Shown: positions 25,301 to 40,300 of the stretch, piece by piece | Position numbering within the stretch: the stretch's first letter is position 1 | How the letters are laid out: each line of letters starts with the position of its first letter | DNA from: Ylistrum balloti | Lineage: Eukaryota | Length of the DNA: 64,000 nt | Direction: 5' to 3' | NCBI RefSeq assembly: GCF_031769215.1 | Contig: NW_026782179.1 | Span: 2,294,001-2,358,000, forward strand | The notes under the pieces: model-generated | Told to the model about the DNA's origin: nothing | The model's input: only the letters and a program-made list of their open reading frames with translations | Databases searched by the model: none | Position numbers and translations under genes: made by a program

Positions 25301-28300
25301 ATTTGCTGTAAAAAAAAAAAAAATTTGATATTGAACTTAATGCCTGCACTCAAAACTCTCAAGTAACGGCTATCATAATAACAATACAATTTCTTAACAC
25401 AATTCTTTATCTAACATCACTTATGAAGGTAAAAATTCTGAAAAAAACCTCAGATATTAAAAAATGCACAAGTTTATACCAAGGTGATAAATTTATGTCC
25501 TTGTATATCATGATATTTTCACCCAAAGTTATTTTCACCCTTGTACTCAGGTTCATTTCACCCTCTAAGGATTATCTTAAATTCACTCTCCCTCTTCATT
25601 GATGAAATGGGCCAAAACTAAACAGAGGTGAAAATTTTCTGCAACACAGTGCTTTAGAAATAAAAAAAATGTGATTACCTAGCCTTGGTAAGAATACAAA
25701 TTACACCATTAGAAGGTTAGTTATACCGATATACACATTTCAAACAAAACAAATCACATCATATAGCTAGAATGAATAAACTGCTTGGACATTGTTATGA
25801 TAAGATATAAATTATGAGAATAATTTGTTTACACACTTACTCAGGAACTCAAAGTTGTCCTCGTAGGTGAACATTTGTGTGGCAGGTGAGTCCAACCAAA
25901 CAGGCTCTTTTCTGATATCATCAACTTCTGAAAGAAAAAAAATTTCTTCTTAAAAACAGATGACATCACCATGTAAAACATCTACCTCAGGTTGGCAAGC
26001 ATTGAAGAAAGAATGTTATACATGGATTATCAATAAGGTATTAAAAAGGTTCAAAATGTTTCATTTATCAGTTCATTTTCATATTTCTTTCAGTCATGGA
26101 GAAAATAAATGGCATCAATCTCTATATGACAGGGCTCCCATATCACATTTCATCTATGTCCAATATATTTTTGATGACCTGATATCTGAGACTTGTTCTT
26201 TACCACATGTTTTGTCAGTAAGGCGAAAATGACTCATCATTACCTTGCTCTTTGACCTCATGTTTGGCTTTTTTTTCACCATACAACAGTTTCTGGACAG
26301 TTGAGTCTGACGAATGGCCGTGAATATTGAAAGATTTAAACTTCTGAAGTCTGTTTTCATCCTGATCAACCATTTCACTCTCCACTGAGGCTGACATCTG
26401 ACCAATCTTGATACCAGGCCTACTGTACTCTATAGGTTTAGACTCAGTGGTTGACGACATGGTCTTACTCATGCGGATTCTGGGTTTTATCCCAAAGTCT
26501 TTACTAAATTTTGATTCAATAGATGAATGAAATTGTTCAGACTTTTTCAGTCTCGGTGCCTGAATCACAAATTCGTCTCCTGAAGTGGACATCTTTGAAA
26601 CGTGACCAAAAGTGCTTGATTTTTTTATCAGCCACTCTGTTGACTCGGTCTCTTTAGTACCATGCATTTCCTCACTTTTCTTCATGCGAGGTAGCGCCCT
26701 TTCCTCTGTTGACTGTTTGTTAGCACTCATACCTGTTGCAGTCCTTCTGTGGGGCACCACTCCCTCCTGAGATTCTGTCTCTTTGGAGACATGCATTCCT
26801 TCTGCCAATTTTATGTGTAAGCACTCTGGATTTTCTACACTTTCCTTGTTCACATTGACGTTTTGTACCAGTTTGATCTGTAACTTGTGTCCATCATCTG
26901 GATCAGTTTCTGATGTAGCATGCTTATCTGGGAAGACATAAATACTTGATTTTGTTGGTGATTCTTCTGTCTGAGCTGTTGCATAAAATGTATCACTTAA
27001 GCGTTTGCCTGTCTTCAAGGTCGGAGTTGGAGGTCTTTGAAGTGTGGGTGTGGATGGTCGCCCAGCTGGACGGGATGGAGGAGTTGGAAGGGAACGAGGG
27101 GTCTTGGTCTTCTCTGGTGACAAATCCTCTCCTGTTTCTGATCTGTTGATTGGTAAAAGTGAAGTAAGGAAATGATGTTACAATTCAAAGTTGTAAGAAA
27201 TGTTTCACTTTATCAAATTAAGTTTCATTTACAGAAGAACAGTATTTCATTTATGAAATTTTGTAATAACTTGTTCTGAACACTGAAGGGAAAACCAACC
27301 AATTAGTCATCTTTCTAAGTTGTAGATTCATTTAATCTGTGCAGTAACTCTGCTGACATATTCCAGACATCCAGACTAGTTTCAAAATGGCTTACAAATT
27401 GAAACTGACAAAGAGCTTTTTTTTTCTTTTTTTTTTTTAAATTCCACAAACAAAATAAAGAAAACAACCAATATATGAAATAAATCAACATCACTGCAAA
27501 AGTGTCAAAATTAAATACTCATAATATATATCTTATATATTTGTATGTATGTATTTTTGTGTGTGCTCAAAAACAGTAAATGTACTAAAATTTTCTTAAT
27601 TTTGCATTGGTTCCATGTCAACTTAAAATTTTGAAATCACAAAAGTTGAAATAACATAAAGGTAACCCTCTTTACTCTGGTTAATTCATATGGGAAGTTT
27701 GAAGTTAAATTACTCTTCAAATGTTAACGAAAACAGACCAATGCACAAATGGAACCTGTGTGAATGATCACTGCTCAGGTAAATTAGAAGCCAAAACGAT
27801 TGTTTTTCTTAAGAGCTACCAAATGTCTAGATATTTGAAACAAATATCAATCAAACAGAGCTACATATATTCTAACAAATAACCCTCTATCCAAAATGAA
27901 AAATTTAAGAAGGAAAATCAATATACAGTTGAGAGCAACCTGATATTACCACTAACATCTATCTAGTGCATTAGTTGTTCAATCACATTTGTATCTACAG
28001 ACAGATGTAGTTCTTATTGTATCTACAGACAGATGTACAAATGGACACACCCCTCAATCTTGATATTGTACTTACTGTGGTAGTTCTTGTTGTATCCACA
28101 GACAGATGTATAAATGGACACACCCCTCTATCTAGATATTGTACTTATTGTGGTAGTTCTTACTGTATCTACAGACAGATGTATAAATGGACACACCCCT
28201 CTATCTTGTGTTTTACTTATTGTGGTAGTTCTTACTGTATCTACAGACAGATGTATAAATGGACACACCCCTCTATCTTGGTGTTGTACTTATTGTGGTG

Positions 28301-31300
28301 TTGTACTGTATTGTGTATAAAGTATTGTACTTATTGTGGTAGTTCTTGCTGTATCTACAGACAGTTGTACAAATGGACACACCCCTCTATCTTGGTGTTG
28401 TACTTATTGTGGTAGTTTTGCTGTATCTACAGACAGATGTACAAATGGTGTTGTACTTATTGTGGTAGTTCTTGCTGTATCTACAGACAGATGTATAAAT
28501 GGACACACCCCTCTATCTTGTGTTTTACTTATTGTGGTAGTTCTTACTGTATCTACAGACAGATGTATAAATGGACACACCCCTCTATCTTGGTGTTGTA
28601 CTCATTGTGGTAGTTCTTACTGTATCTACAGACAGATGTATAAATGGACACACCCCTCTATCTTGGTATTGTACTTATTGTGGTAGTTCTTACTGTATCT
28701 ACAGACAGATGTATAAATGGACACACCCCTCTATCTTGATATTGTACTTATTGTGGTAGTTTTTACTGTATCTACAGACAGATGTACAAATGGACACACC
28801 CCTCTATCTTGATATTGTACTTATTGTGGTAGTTCTTACTGTATCTACAGACAGATGTATAAATGGACATACCCTCCAACTTTGCACTGTACTTACTGTG
28901 GTAGCTCTTGTTGAGCCCAGGCAGGCATACTGGAATCAACAGTTAAAGTAGTAGTCCTGGTAAGTCCTCGCTGTGCCCACCCTGGCAGAGGGGTGTCTTC
29001 CTCACCAGTCACAATGACCGGTCCATCTCTTCCTTTTTCAACTGCCCATGATGGAAGATTGGCTGTGTCAGCCAGCATCTGATCATATCAAGTTCACAAG
29101 TAAATTATCATTAGTAAATGATCTAACAATGGCATATACAATACGTCTTCAAATGTAACTGTTGTCAACCAATGACAGACGGACGGATGGACGGAGGGTC
29201 AAAGAAGTGACTATATGCTCTCCCTTCAGAGAGCAAAAAAATTGGAATATATTTCAGAGTACTTTATTTCACCTCAATTTAGAAAAATTTAGAAAGATGA
29301 CGTCAGCTTTTACATCACATATTGTCAGCTATAAAATATCTTATACAATATCCATTAACAAGAAACAAGATGTCATTCGATGGCTTCTATTTTTATATCA
29401 AAGCTGAGAATTAAACATAACAAATTTATCTACATTTGTGGCATTACACAATGTAAATTTTAAATACTCACATTGTCAGGCTTCTGGGCAGTAACGGGTT
29501 CCTAAAACAGTAAGCCATTAGTTATGTCTAATAAATCACTCCTTACATTTCACTCGTGTGTTGTCATTGCTCAGTCAGACTTTATTTCTCAAAACATTTA
29601 CATCTCATGTTAAAGTTCATTTACAATGGCAATGAGAAACTGAAACAATGTATAAAGTTTTAACTCATGTTTTTAAATAATCTGTGATGTGAGAAATCCA
29701 TTGAAAGTAAGAATTATCATTAGTTACTTAATGTGGACACAAAATTGAGAATAGACTTTCAAAAAGATTTGTAGAAAAAAGTATCCAAAACATACTGTAA
29801 CAATTGATGACTTGTCAAGTTCTGCCTGCCAGCGTACATCATCCTGTTGTAGAAAGTCACGCCTGGTCTCAGCTAATTGTGCCCGTTTGACATGCCATAA
29901 TGCCCGCTGTTCTCTCAGAGTTGCCTCCTCACTCAGCTTGCTGTAGTATTCTATCAACTCTTCTCTGTAAACATTACAAAACTGCTGTGAATTGTGTGCC
30001 AGCCTATTGGACAAATCTTTTTATCACTTTCTTCTGCCATGAATCCTGGACCGGCTTACTTGGCAACTCTTTTTTTTCACCTTCATTTATCAGTTTCTTA
30101 CAGATATTTCTTCCCAAAGAAAAATATGAAAAATTGAAAATCCTGTGGAGAAGTGAGGAAGGAAAACCCCTAGAGAGTGATCACAGGCCATTTTCTGATA
30201 ATGTCAAGAAATAATGTGCTTGCTGACGAGGAGTGTGATGTTAAAATTCTAATTTTCAGTGACAGCTTTAGCCTAATCAAACAAAACAGTCAAACACAGT
30301 CTTTGTTTTCAAACAAAACCACAAACTGATTATGTACAAAAGTGTAAGAACAGAATTATAAATGATCCAGGTACCTTGCTTTCCTCTCCAGCTCTAGCTC
30401 TTGAATCGACATGGCTTCCTCTTGCTTTGTCACTCTAGCAATCATCATCTTGTCTTCCTGTTTGATTTGTTCTTTTTTGTCTGCTCGTCTCTGAAATCAC
30501 ACACATAGCATATAACATGAAAATTTAAAGGCACATTCTTCCTCACTGATTTCCCCCAAAAATAACTTTACAAGAAAAAGTGATAATTATACAGTTTTAA
30601 GTTTTCTCATGCACAATTTCTATCTTGCAACATATAGTACACAAAACAGTGTTGCAAAAATAGGTACTAATGAAATAAATTTCGTCAGGAGTGATCTGTA
30701 CTGAGAACCAAAATTATGATTCATTGATGTAACAAACAGAATAAGCCTACCTGTAAGTCTGCTTCCATCTGATCCTTAAGAAACTGGAACTCTTTCCTTT
30801 TCTTTGTGTCTTGGATTACTTTGTTTTCTTGCATTCTAGCTGTAGAAATAAAATTTAACAAAATATTATCATAAATATATTCACAATCAAAGACATGATT
30901 TATTTAGAACATCACACTTTCCAGATATATATCAAACACTGTACAGTGTTTGGAACTGCTTTAAAATAAAGACAACTAAACTTTGGAACATGTTTTAAAC
31001 CATTTGAACAAAATTAATATTCCTTTCCTTTACTTACAATAAACTGAATGAAGTTCCTACCAAGCACTAAAACTAAGGTACAGTTTCTTACAGATAAAAA
31101 CAAATGAAATCTTTTTCTTACCATGACTTATCTTTAACTCACCTTGCAGTTTCTGTATCTCTTGTGTAGCCACCTCTTTTGCTTTCTGTAACAAATCTTT
31201 CTTTGCAGCCTCTTCTATCTCGAGCTTCTCTTGTCTGTAAACAATTTAATTGTTATTTTAGCAAACACAAACATCCAGCTGTGGAATTTGTTATATTGAG

Positions 31301-34300
31301 GCTATCAATAATTCTAGTATACAACCAACTAAACTTTTCTTTTGCACATTACTAAAGGACAAAAAATACAAGATATTGTAAATAGATACCAGGCATGCAA
31401 TGATTTTACTACTAATAATTATTACAAGCCAGTGCTTTCAAATTACAGCCAAAATTACTGTACTATAATCAGATCTAGATTTGTGCTTCACAAGTGGACC
31501 TGATCATTCTTTTATCTTATCTGATATATTGTACCTTGAGATGGTCATTTGGCGTGCTATTTGCTTCATTTTGTTGACATAAAACTGACACTGGCCATCT
31601 AGACCGCCAAGCTCTTCCTCTGAGAATGTGACTGATATCCTTGGTATATCAATGTCAGCTATATTACACAGGAAATTCTGAAATACATTAAAACAAATTG
31701 TGTAAATGTGTTCATGGTGGGCTTAGATAGCCATAAAGATATAAGATTATGATTTTTTTTTCTATTTCTGATGTAAAAAAATTATACCCAATCTAGAAAA
31801 TATTAAGAAAAAATGTAGAAATGGAGCTAAAAACAAAGTTTCATATCAAGATTATATCCAGCTGAATTCACTTCGAAGTTAAAGATGATTAATTCATTTT
31901 TAGAACTGAAATATAGCATTCATGTGCAACAACTAGAATTGAACCTCTATGGAAAAAATCATTGTCCTACGTCAAATCTTGATTAAGTTAACCTATTTAA
32001 TGATGGATGTCCTGATCCACCATTCTACAACAAGGGTAGAAAAATAATGATACAAATTTAGTCCATATATAAGTTATATCTTACAACCATACAGTAACAA
32101 CACACATGAATTTTTGTTAATTTTTGCAGAAATTTCATAATGGTGTCTGAAAAAATTTTGGTATTATCAATACTGCTTTAATATATCCTTGATAATCTAT
32201 CATTGTTTTTGATCACATCTCAGTGTCTTAATATTGTCTTCATGTCTGTGCTTTTCCACTGATTTAATGAGGGCTCTACGAGAAATATATACAAAATCAA
32301 CCAAATGGAGCATTGTAGAAATGTTCACCCAACTACTGCACTGTAGTAATGTTCAACCAACTACTGCACTGTAGTAATGTTCACCCAACTACTGTAGCAA
32401 TGTTCACCCAATACCGCAATGTTCACCCAACTACTGCACTGTAGCAATGTTCACCCAACTACTGCACTGTAGCAATGTTCACCCAACTACTGCACTGTAG
32501 CAATGTTCACCCAACTACTGCACTGTAGTAATGTTCACCCAACTACTGCACTGTAGCAATGTTCACCCAACTACTGCACTGCAGTAATGTTCACCCAACT
32601 ACTGCACTGTAGAAATGTTCACCCAACTACTGCACTGTAGTAATGTTCACCCAACTACTGCACTGTAGAAATGTTCACCCAACTACTGCACTGTAGTAAT
32701 GTTCACCCAACTACTGCACTGTAGTAATGTTCACCCAACTGGCACATTGTAGAAATGTTCACCCAACTACTGCACTGTAGTAATGTTCACCCAACTACTG
32801 CACTGTAGCAATGTTCACCCAACTACTGCACTGTAGTAATGTTCACCCAACTACTGCACTGTAGTAATGTTCACCCAACTACTGCACTGCATAAATGTTC
32901 ACCCAACTGGTGCATTGTTGAAATGTTTACCCAAATGGTGCACTGTATAAATGTTCACCTAACTGGTGCATTGTAGAAATGTTTACACAAATGGTGCACT
33001 GTAGAAATGTTCACCCAATCATGTTCACCCAACTACTGCACTATATCATACTACATCAACTACTGCACTGTATAAATGTTCACCCAACTACTGCACTGTA
33101 GTAATGTTCACCCAACTACTGCACTGTATAAATGTTCACCCAACTGGCACATTGTAGTAATGTTCACCCAACTATTGCACTGCATAAATGTTCACCTAAC
33201 TGGGATGTCTCTTCTACAAAAGAAGTTTACCTGGGGACAGCAAGCCTTTAGCAGATTGATGGATTTTCCACAGATGAAGATGTCGGAGGCAAGGTCTGCT
33301 AGAAACAGAGGGACACTATCTGCAGCTTCATTGGTCATCAGCTTGTAACCACTATTCCAGTAGTTCTTGTCTGTAAATGTACATGTAACATAAACTGTAG
33401 CAGCCTCTTCCATAGGTGAGAAGACACAATTTTGCATTTTTGACTTCTACACATGTTCAACTTCAAGAAACACTTTTCCTTTAAACAATGTTTCAGAAGA
33501 AATTTAAACCAGATTTTCTGCATTCCCCCTGATAAAGGTACTAACAGATATCAAAGAAATAAATGCTTTCTTTACAACTGACATAAGCATAAAATACTTA
33601 CCAAATGAACAAATGAATCTTTCAAACATTACAAAACAATAGTTACATTCCTTGTCGCATCACTTATCAATCTAATGACTGGACAACAGACTAAAATCCA
33701 GCTAAACTGCTATAAACCTTCTTGTTTCCATGTCAATTAAAATTTTAATCTATTTTTTATCAACCCAAGATTTTTTTTCTATGAAAAGTGACAACGAAAT
33801 ATAGGAAGTACATAGTGTTGAGTTTTAAGCACGAAATTCAGAAAAGTTTAACTGTTTCTGCAGGAGGCAGGCTACAAACCTCTGAATTGTAAGTAATCTG
33901 CATGGGTTTCTATCATAAACTCTCCATAGATGTCCTGACAAATTCCATGAAACACCCAGTCCTGTACAAACCTGTTCAAAGAACAGAATGTGATTATAAA
34001 ACAGTCGATACCATCATCTCATTTTATCTATCACCAAAGAGAATTACCAACAACATATTAAAATCACTCATGAATATATTAAAACAGTATCAGTGACACT
34101 AGCATTACCTACCTTATTAAATATTCTATTTTTACTGAAACAACACAGTGATTTTACTGTTACAAACCATATAAAACTGATATCAACAGTATCTGATTAC
34201 ATCATATTTGTTTAGTAGCTACCTTGTCTGTGATAATACTTCTCACTTATGTGAAGCCCTGAACAATTACATAAGACGAGAGTTTAAAAATAAATATCTG

Positions 34301-37300
34301 AAGCCGTGAATAGAATATATAGTAAGATGAGGCAACTTACACAGTGTACGGTCCACAGGATGACTGCAGTATGGACATCATCATGGGGTAGTTGTCAGTA
34401 CAGGTACACTCTAGACACTTCCGATACACATAGCTCAGCAGATGAACACCCTACAACAGACAGGTTTTTTTTTCATATATACTCAAGTAACAAAACTGGA
34501 TTTTAATTGTACACACAACTCAGCAGATGAACATTCTACAGCACATACGGTGTCCTTAAAAACTCATGTAACAGAACCTGATTTTAATAGTACACACAAC
34601 TTAGCAGATGAACATCCTACAACACATACGGTGTCCTGAAAACCTCATCTAACAGAACCTGATTTTAATAGTACACACAACTCCATAGAGTTACACCGTC
34701 TAACATACACATGCATTATCAACCTAATTGTGCTGACAGAAAGTTAAACTTTGTCCACAAAACCACAAAGAGTGCTCTAGTATCATCTTTTGGGGACATC
34801 TGACTACATCTGATTTTGCAAATCTTGCTCAACAGTAAAAAGGGTTTTATAACTTTTTTTAACACAAAATCTATATGGCCACAAAATTCTCTGGCTTGCT
34901 TGCATTTTCTACAACACTTAATATTTTGGCAGAAATAAAAATAAATGAAATAAAATGATGCAGTAATAAAAAAAAAGATTCCAGCTCATGCCTTGTAATA
35001 TAAAACTTTAGGAATCTGGTTGAATAGGGGACAGCTACTGATTGAGTGTGTAAGAAATTTGAAATTACTAGCCAAAAGTATGAACTTTGACAATTTTATG
35101 CTATATGCTAACAATGTTGGCAAGTGTACATAGGTAATGGGAATACTGATTTGAAATTAAAACAGAAAATGTTAAACTTCCTCAGATGAGTGATGGGAAT
35201 TTAAACAAGTACAGTATTGACGGTTGCTTGCAAAAGAAGTGCAAAAATTACCACTAGAAAACTGTTACTCCTAAAAATATAGGAGGAATTGGCATCATAG
35301 AAATTACAAAGTCTGCTTAACCTCATAACTGCTTGAACCAGAAAGAAGAAGGATCAGAGAATTCAAGAGTTAGTTTTTTTAATTGCTGTAATATTTACTC
35401 ACTGTTGGGAAACTTTCTTCATCCTGAAGGTCTTCCATTGTTGTACATTTACATAAATCAGCAAGAAAACTGTAAAAGCCGAGCACGAAAATTATTTGTC
35501 AAATTTACTGAGAATTGTTTTAGAAACAACAAACATACGAAAAAAAAGTGATTTACGGAGGAACTGTTTTCTGACACTGATAGACATTACAAATGATGAT
35601 ATGCAACAGTTCCACAAAAATTTGAAATAGAGCTTAAATATTCCACCATGGAGTTGAGGAAAAATTATATCATGTCTGGATATTTTATATGAAACATGAA
35701 ATGTATAAGGTTACTAGCTGATTCTTATTCCCATCATTTGAAGCCATAAAAACTACAACTATAAAAGATTTATAACACATTGATTACTGTACCTTATTTG
35801 TTTGAAGATTTTCTGGCAGATGAACTTGAGTCGTAATAATGAGATGTTTGGAGGGATAGACAGTATCACTCCTCTGTAGTGCTGTAGATACTTCCTGATA
35901 GCTCCACAAAAAGCTTGATACACAAGACCTTTGCTGTAGAAGGAGTCGATGAATGGAGGCAAGGAGAACTGTACCAGAAGGTTGTAATATGTACCACACA
36001 ACAAGAAATCATGTGAGACTCGATGAAGACATTCTGGTGTCATTCCACTGAGGTAAATCCCTTCCGCCATCTCAAATGATTGAGTTTCCTGATCAATAAC
36101 ACAAACATTCTGTCAATATGGACTAACAGCCTTACAAATATCAAATATCACTACCCATCATTGGTTGTGGAAAAAATAAAACAATAACAAATTTGGAAGA
36201 ATTATGTACTAGTCCAGGAATCAGGTATATAAATTAAAATCCATGAAAAAAATTGTTTTCCATCTCAAGTAAATTCCCATCAAGTAATATAAAAACAACC
36301 TCAGAAATAAATGAAGACATTTTAAATTACATTCACTCAATAATATGCATAACTCAGTGTATAAGTATTACTGTTAAAAGTCATTGATATGTCTATTTTG
36401 TTTCTATACTGGACAGGTGTTACTTGTGTTGCAGAGTAAACAAACTAGGTCCACCTACAGGAATGAGCTGGTAGGTGGCCGAGGGCACTCCTATCATCAT
36501 ATTGATAATGTCTCTGACAACATCTCTCTGGTTCATTAGACGTAGTGTAGGTGGCGACACTGATGGACACAGGATTGACAGTTCCTTCAGCTTCATGCTG
36601 TACCACATGTCTAGGCCAGTCGGACCTGCTTCTGATAGGTAGGGGCGATCTGGTCTAGTTCCAGGCTCACTGAACACAAGTTATATCTATGTAACTTCAC
36701 TTCTAGTTTGTTGACATTATCTCAATTACAAAGAGAAAATTAATGCTACCACAGAGGAACAGTAAAAATTGAATCTGTTCATTCTTACCAATCATTTTCG
36801 CAAGTCTCCAAATGTATGCTGATCTAAGAGTGTGAGGTGTTGAATATAATTTTTGAGTCTCTAACTTGTCAATACAGCTATTCAGAAAAAAGCTACCAGC
36901 AAGACTAATGAAGAAAAATCACCCATTGATTCTAACAGTCCCTGATATTACTACAGCAGTAGAACATAAAATATCAACCACAACTCATAAATTGTCAATG
37001 AAATATTACTCATCTCAAACCAGATCCATTAATTTAGTGTAACCTGCCTAAATCATAACTAGTTTAATGTAGAAAGTTGCAGAATCCTGCAGAAATGGAC
37101 AGAAAAAAAATAATACCGATTATCCAAAAACTTGATATCAACTTTAGTTGGGAGTTCAGAGAGAAGCTCCGATATAAACATCTTATGGTTTTCGATTTGT
37201 TCCAACTAAAATACAAAGTTAGTGCCCTTTCTCTTTATACAAAACGAGATAGTACATACCAGCCTCGGGTTTCCCATTTAAAGTGCTTGCTTGGAGTGAA

Positions 37301-40300
37301 TTCAAGTGCTTCCTCCCAAATGGAGCAACCAACAGCAGAGTCGGAGTCACTGATGTAACTGAGTGACTTGGATCCTTCTAGCTGTTGCAGTTGAGTACTG
37401 CCTGTCATATCCAAACTATGTACAGCACTGTCATCTTCTGCTGATGTCTAAAAAACAACATCATGAACAATGTGTTTACACATAGGAAATATAGGTAAGG
37501 TTTTAAGACAATATCCGCTGATGAATTTTTTTCAGATTGGAGTTTGCTTGCCTTGATATGCTAGGGACATAAACAGGTTGTCTGTTCTACAAGGCACTGA
37601 ACAGATGACCATACAAATCTAAATCCAAAGTCACAACTTCTAACAGATGATTGGGTATTCACTTTGATTATAATCAGTTGTATCAGAGATAAGAAAATTG
37701 AAGCAAACAAAGTATTAGACAAAACAGTGGGACAACAACTGCTGTTATCACCATGATGACCACAATGATATCACTAATTTAACATCATGTTGGTTTTACA
37801 CAGAGAGTCTGGGGCTATAACTCTGGTTAAGTATTTCTTCAGTGCAATCCTTTTAGTGTGCATAAAGTGTGTGTTGTACAATTGTTTAAAACATGTATGA
37901 CTTGATTTCTTCCAGAAAAAGTTGTTTGTAAATAGACTACATAAATATAACTGATCAATGTGTGTAACAATGTGTTCATACCTGGCTTCTGTTGCTGTAC
38001 TGAACTTTGGGTATACGAACATCAAACAATCTGAAAAACAAATCAAGCCATACGTACAGGTTTCATAGACATCAACGCTCAAATTAGTTTAATTCACCTT
38101 ATTCCTATATCTTGAATTCAAATCCATAGTCTACATTGTCTAAGCACTAATTTTTTTACACTGCCTTAACATTAACATTATTGTGTTGTGTCAAAATATC
38201 AATTACAGATACGAATCAATAAAGGAAATTTCACAGAACAATCATAAGTTCATTGGATCGATATTAATATTTTGTTGTCTCCTTATGAATAATAAAGGAG
38301 GTTGAAAAAATATTGCAATTGTGGCTAATTTAATGTGATCTTCACTAGATGAATCTGTCACATTTTAACTTATTTATCTGGTTCTTACCCACTGTCTTCA
38401 GAATCTGCCAAATTGGGAAGCTGTAATCTGTCCTGAAGGGACACCACTTGGCTCTGCACCAGTCCTCCGAACAGTGTACCACTACACTGTCTCTCATAGC
38501 TGTCACCCAAATAACCCTGAAAGACAACAACCATAACTTCACCAGTTCCTTGTACTTAAAATCATAGTGGCTGGCATAGCCATCTCCCAGCTAAAAATTG
38601 TCTTGCTTTTTCGTTAAAAACTACATCATTAATTTTCCTACAGCAATCACGATTTCCATCTCTTGTCACATTTGTCTTCTTAATTATCTAATCATGCTTA
38701 GAAATCTCCTTTTTTACTTTGCATTTTCTTTATCAGAGAATACTTTTAGTAAGATTTCTATTAATAGTGCCAGAATTTATTTTTTTTTATTCCAATGATT
38801 CCGTAATATGATCAAACTCTTTAATACTCATGGTCAGCCAATCAAGCAAAAGAGCAGGTCTTCCTAGCTGACTAGTGCATTGTGACTAGTGCTCTTCTGG
38901 AATATATACTCTCCGTTTAGGAGAGAACTTATCCTTCAGATTTCCAGGGATAAAAGTAATGGTTGCAAAGCGATTGATTGGTATTCCAAGGCTACATCAT
39001 GACCATGTTTCCCAATTACCTTGATGTTGAAAAGGCCTTGTCCAGACAGACTCTCTCCTGGAGCTAAACGGAAGATCTGCCAATACAAAATGACAGACTT
39101 TATAACTCCAATTAGCAAAACAGTGAAATTAATGAAGATTTTTCTTATCACTTTAGATTTAATCTTTATGATTAATTCTCAGGATAAATTCTACAGGTAC
39201 TTCTTAAAATCCTGCTCCTAATATATAATCCTTATCCTCGACTAATCAATAATATAATTTTGATGAGAGTAAATTCTACTCTTATTACTCAACATATCTT
39301 GTAATTAAACTTGTACTCATTCATTAAACTGTGATTGATAAATCAGACACCCATGTTTACCTCAAGACTTTTGTCTTCTTGAAACTGCAATGGTTCAGCT
39401 TCAAACAGCACACTGAAAAAACCCACTCAAATTTAGATGTACATATCAAAAATAATTACAGAGAAAATATAAATAAAATATACATCATAACTAAACATTG
39501 TCAGTTTCTGCTGTCAGCAATATTTCACCACTAGGCAACAAGACCGGGTATAGCACTGTATTTTACGAGTGTGGCCACTGGATGAATATTTTTGTGATTT
39601 TGTGAGCAGGTAAATGCTCAAAAGTGTGTGTAGAATTTGTGGCCAGTTAAATGATATATAAGACCTACAGTAACATCCAGTATAACAAACATATCTTACC
39701 TCGGGAAGTGTGTATAGAACTTGTGGTCTGGTCGGTAGACACAGGTATCTCCATACAGCATAGGTCCTGAAGGCAACACTCCAACCTCCTCCTGCAGCAC
39801 AACAGTCAAGGCATAAACTAGTTAGACTGTTTTTTGAGATCTAAAGTTTTAATTAGATTACCTGGTTCATTGTTGATCATAACATCTACTTCTTTTAATT
39901 TGTTAAATACTGCAGGATAAATGAGCATTACAAAAAAAAAATCATTATAGCCACGTCTTCTAGATTTATGTTGTGTAACGTCTGCTTTTTTTCCAAAGTC
40001 CAAAAGTTTGAAGCAAAAGATTTGTTTTCACAGAAATCATGTCAAAAACCATGGTCTTCTCTGAAAATTAAGTTTAATTTAATGTTCACGGTATTGGTTT
40101 TTCATAATATTATTTCATCATCGAAGATAGCACGAAAAAGGTACCGCTCAAATATATAACTTTTATACACAATAACCCTTAAGTTTGTATAAGGAAAGAG
40201 ATTTATGTACTTTTATATTGTTTTACAAAAAAACTAGTAAAATATTTATCTCTTAACCATCAAGGTTTTGGCATACTACAGCTATGTAGATAGAATGAAT

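Noticed and set aside
32325-33200. CRISPR-like appearance of the 28-bp array (also the 41-, 48-, 68- and 74-bp arrays)
   Set aside because: Units are head-to-tail with no unique spacers, lie in eukaryotic introns or intergenic DNA, and there are no cas genes.
38543-38590. Apparent extra TUBGCP6 exon LGDGYASHYDFKYKEL
   Set aside because: It would need a 26-nt intron to reach the conserved frame; exon 39020 joins 38516 in phase without it.
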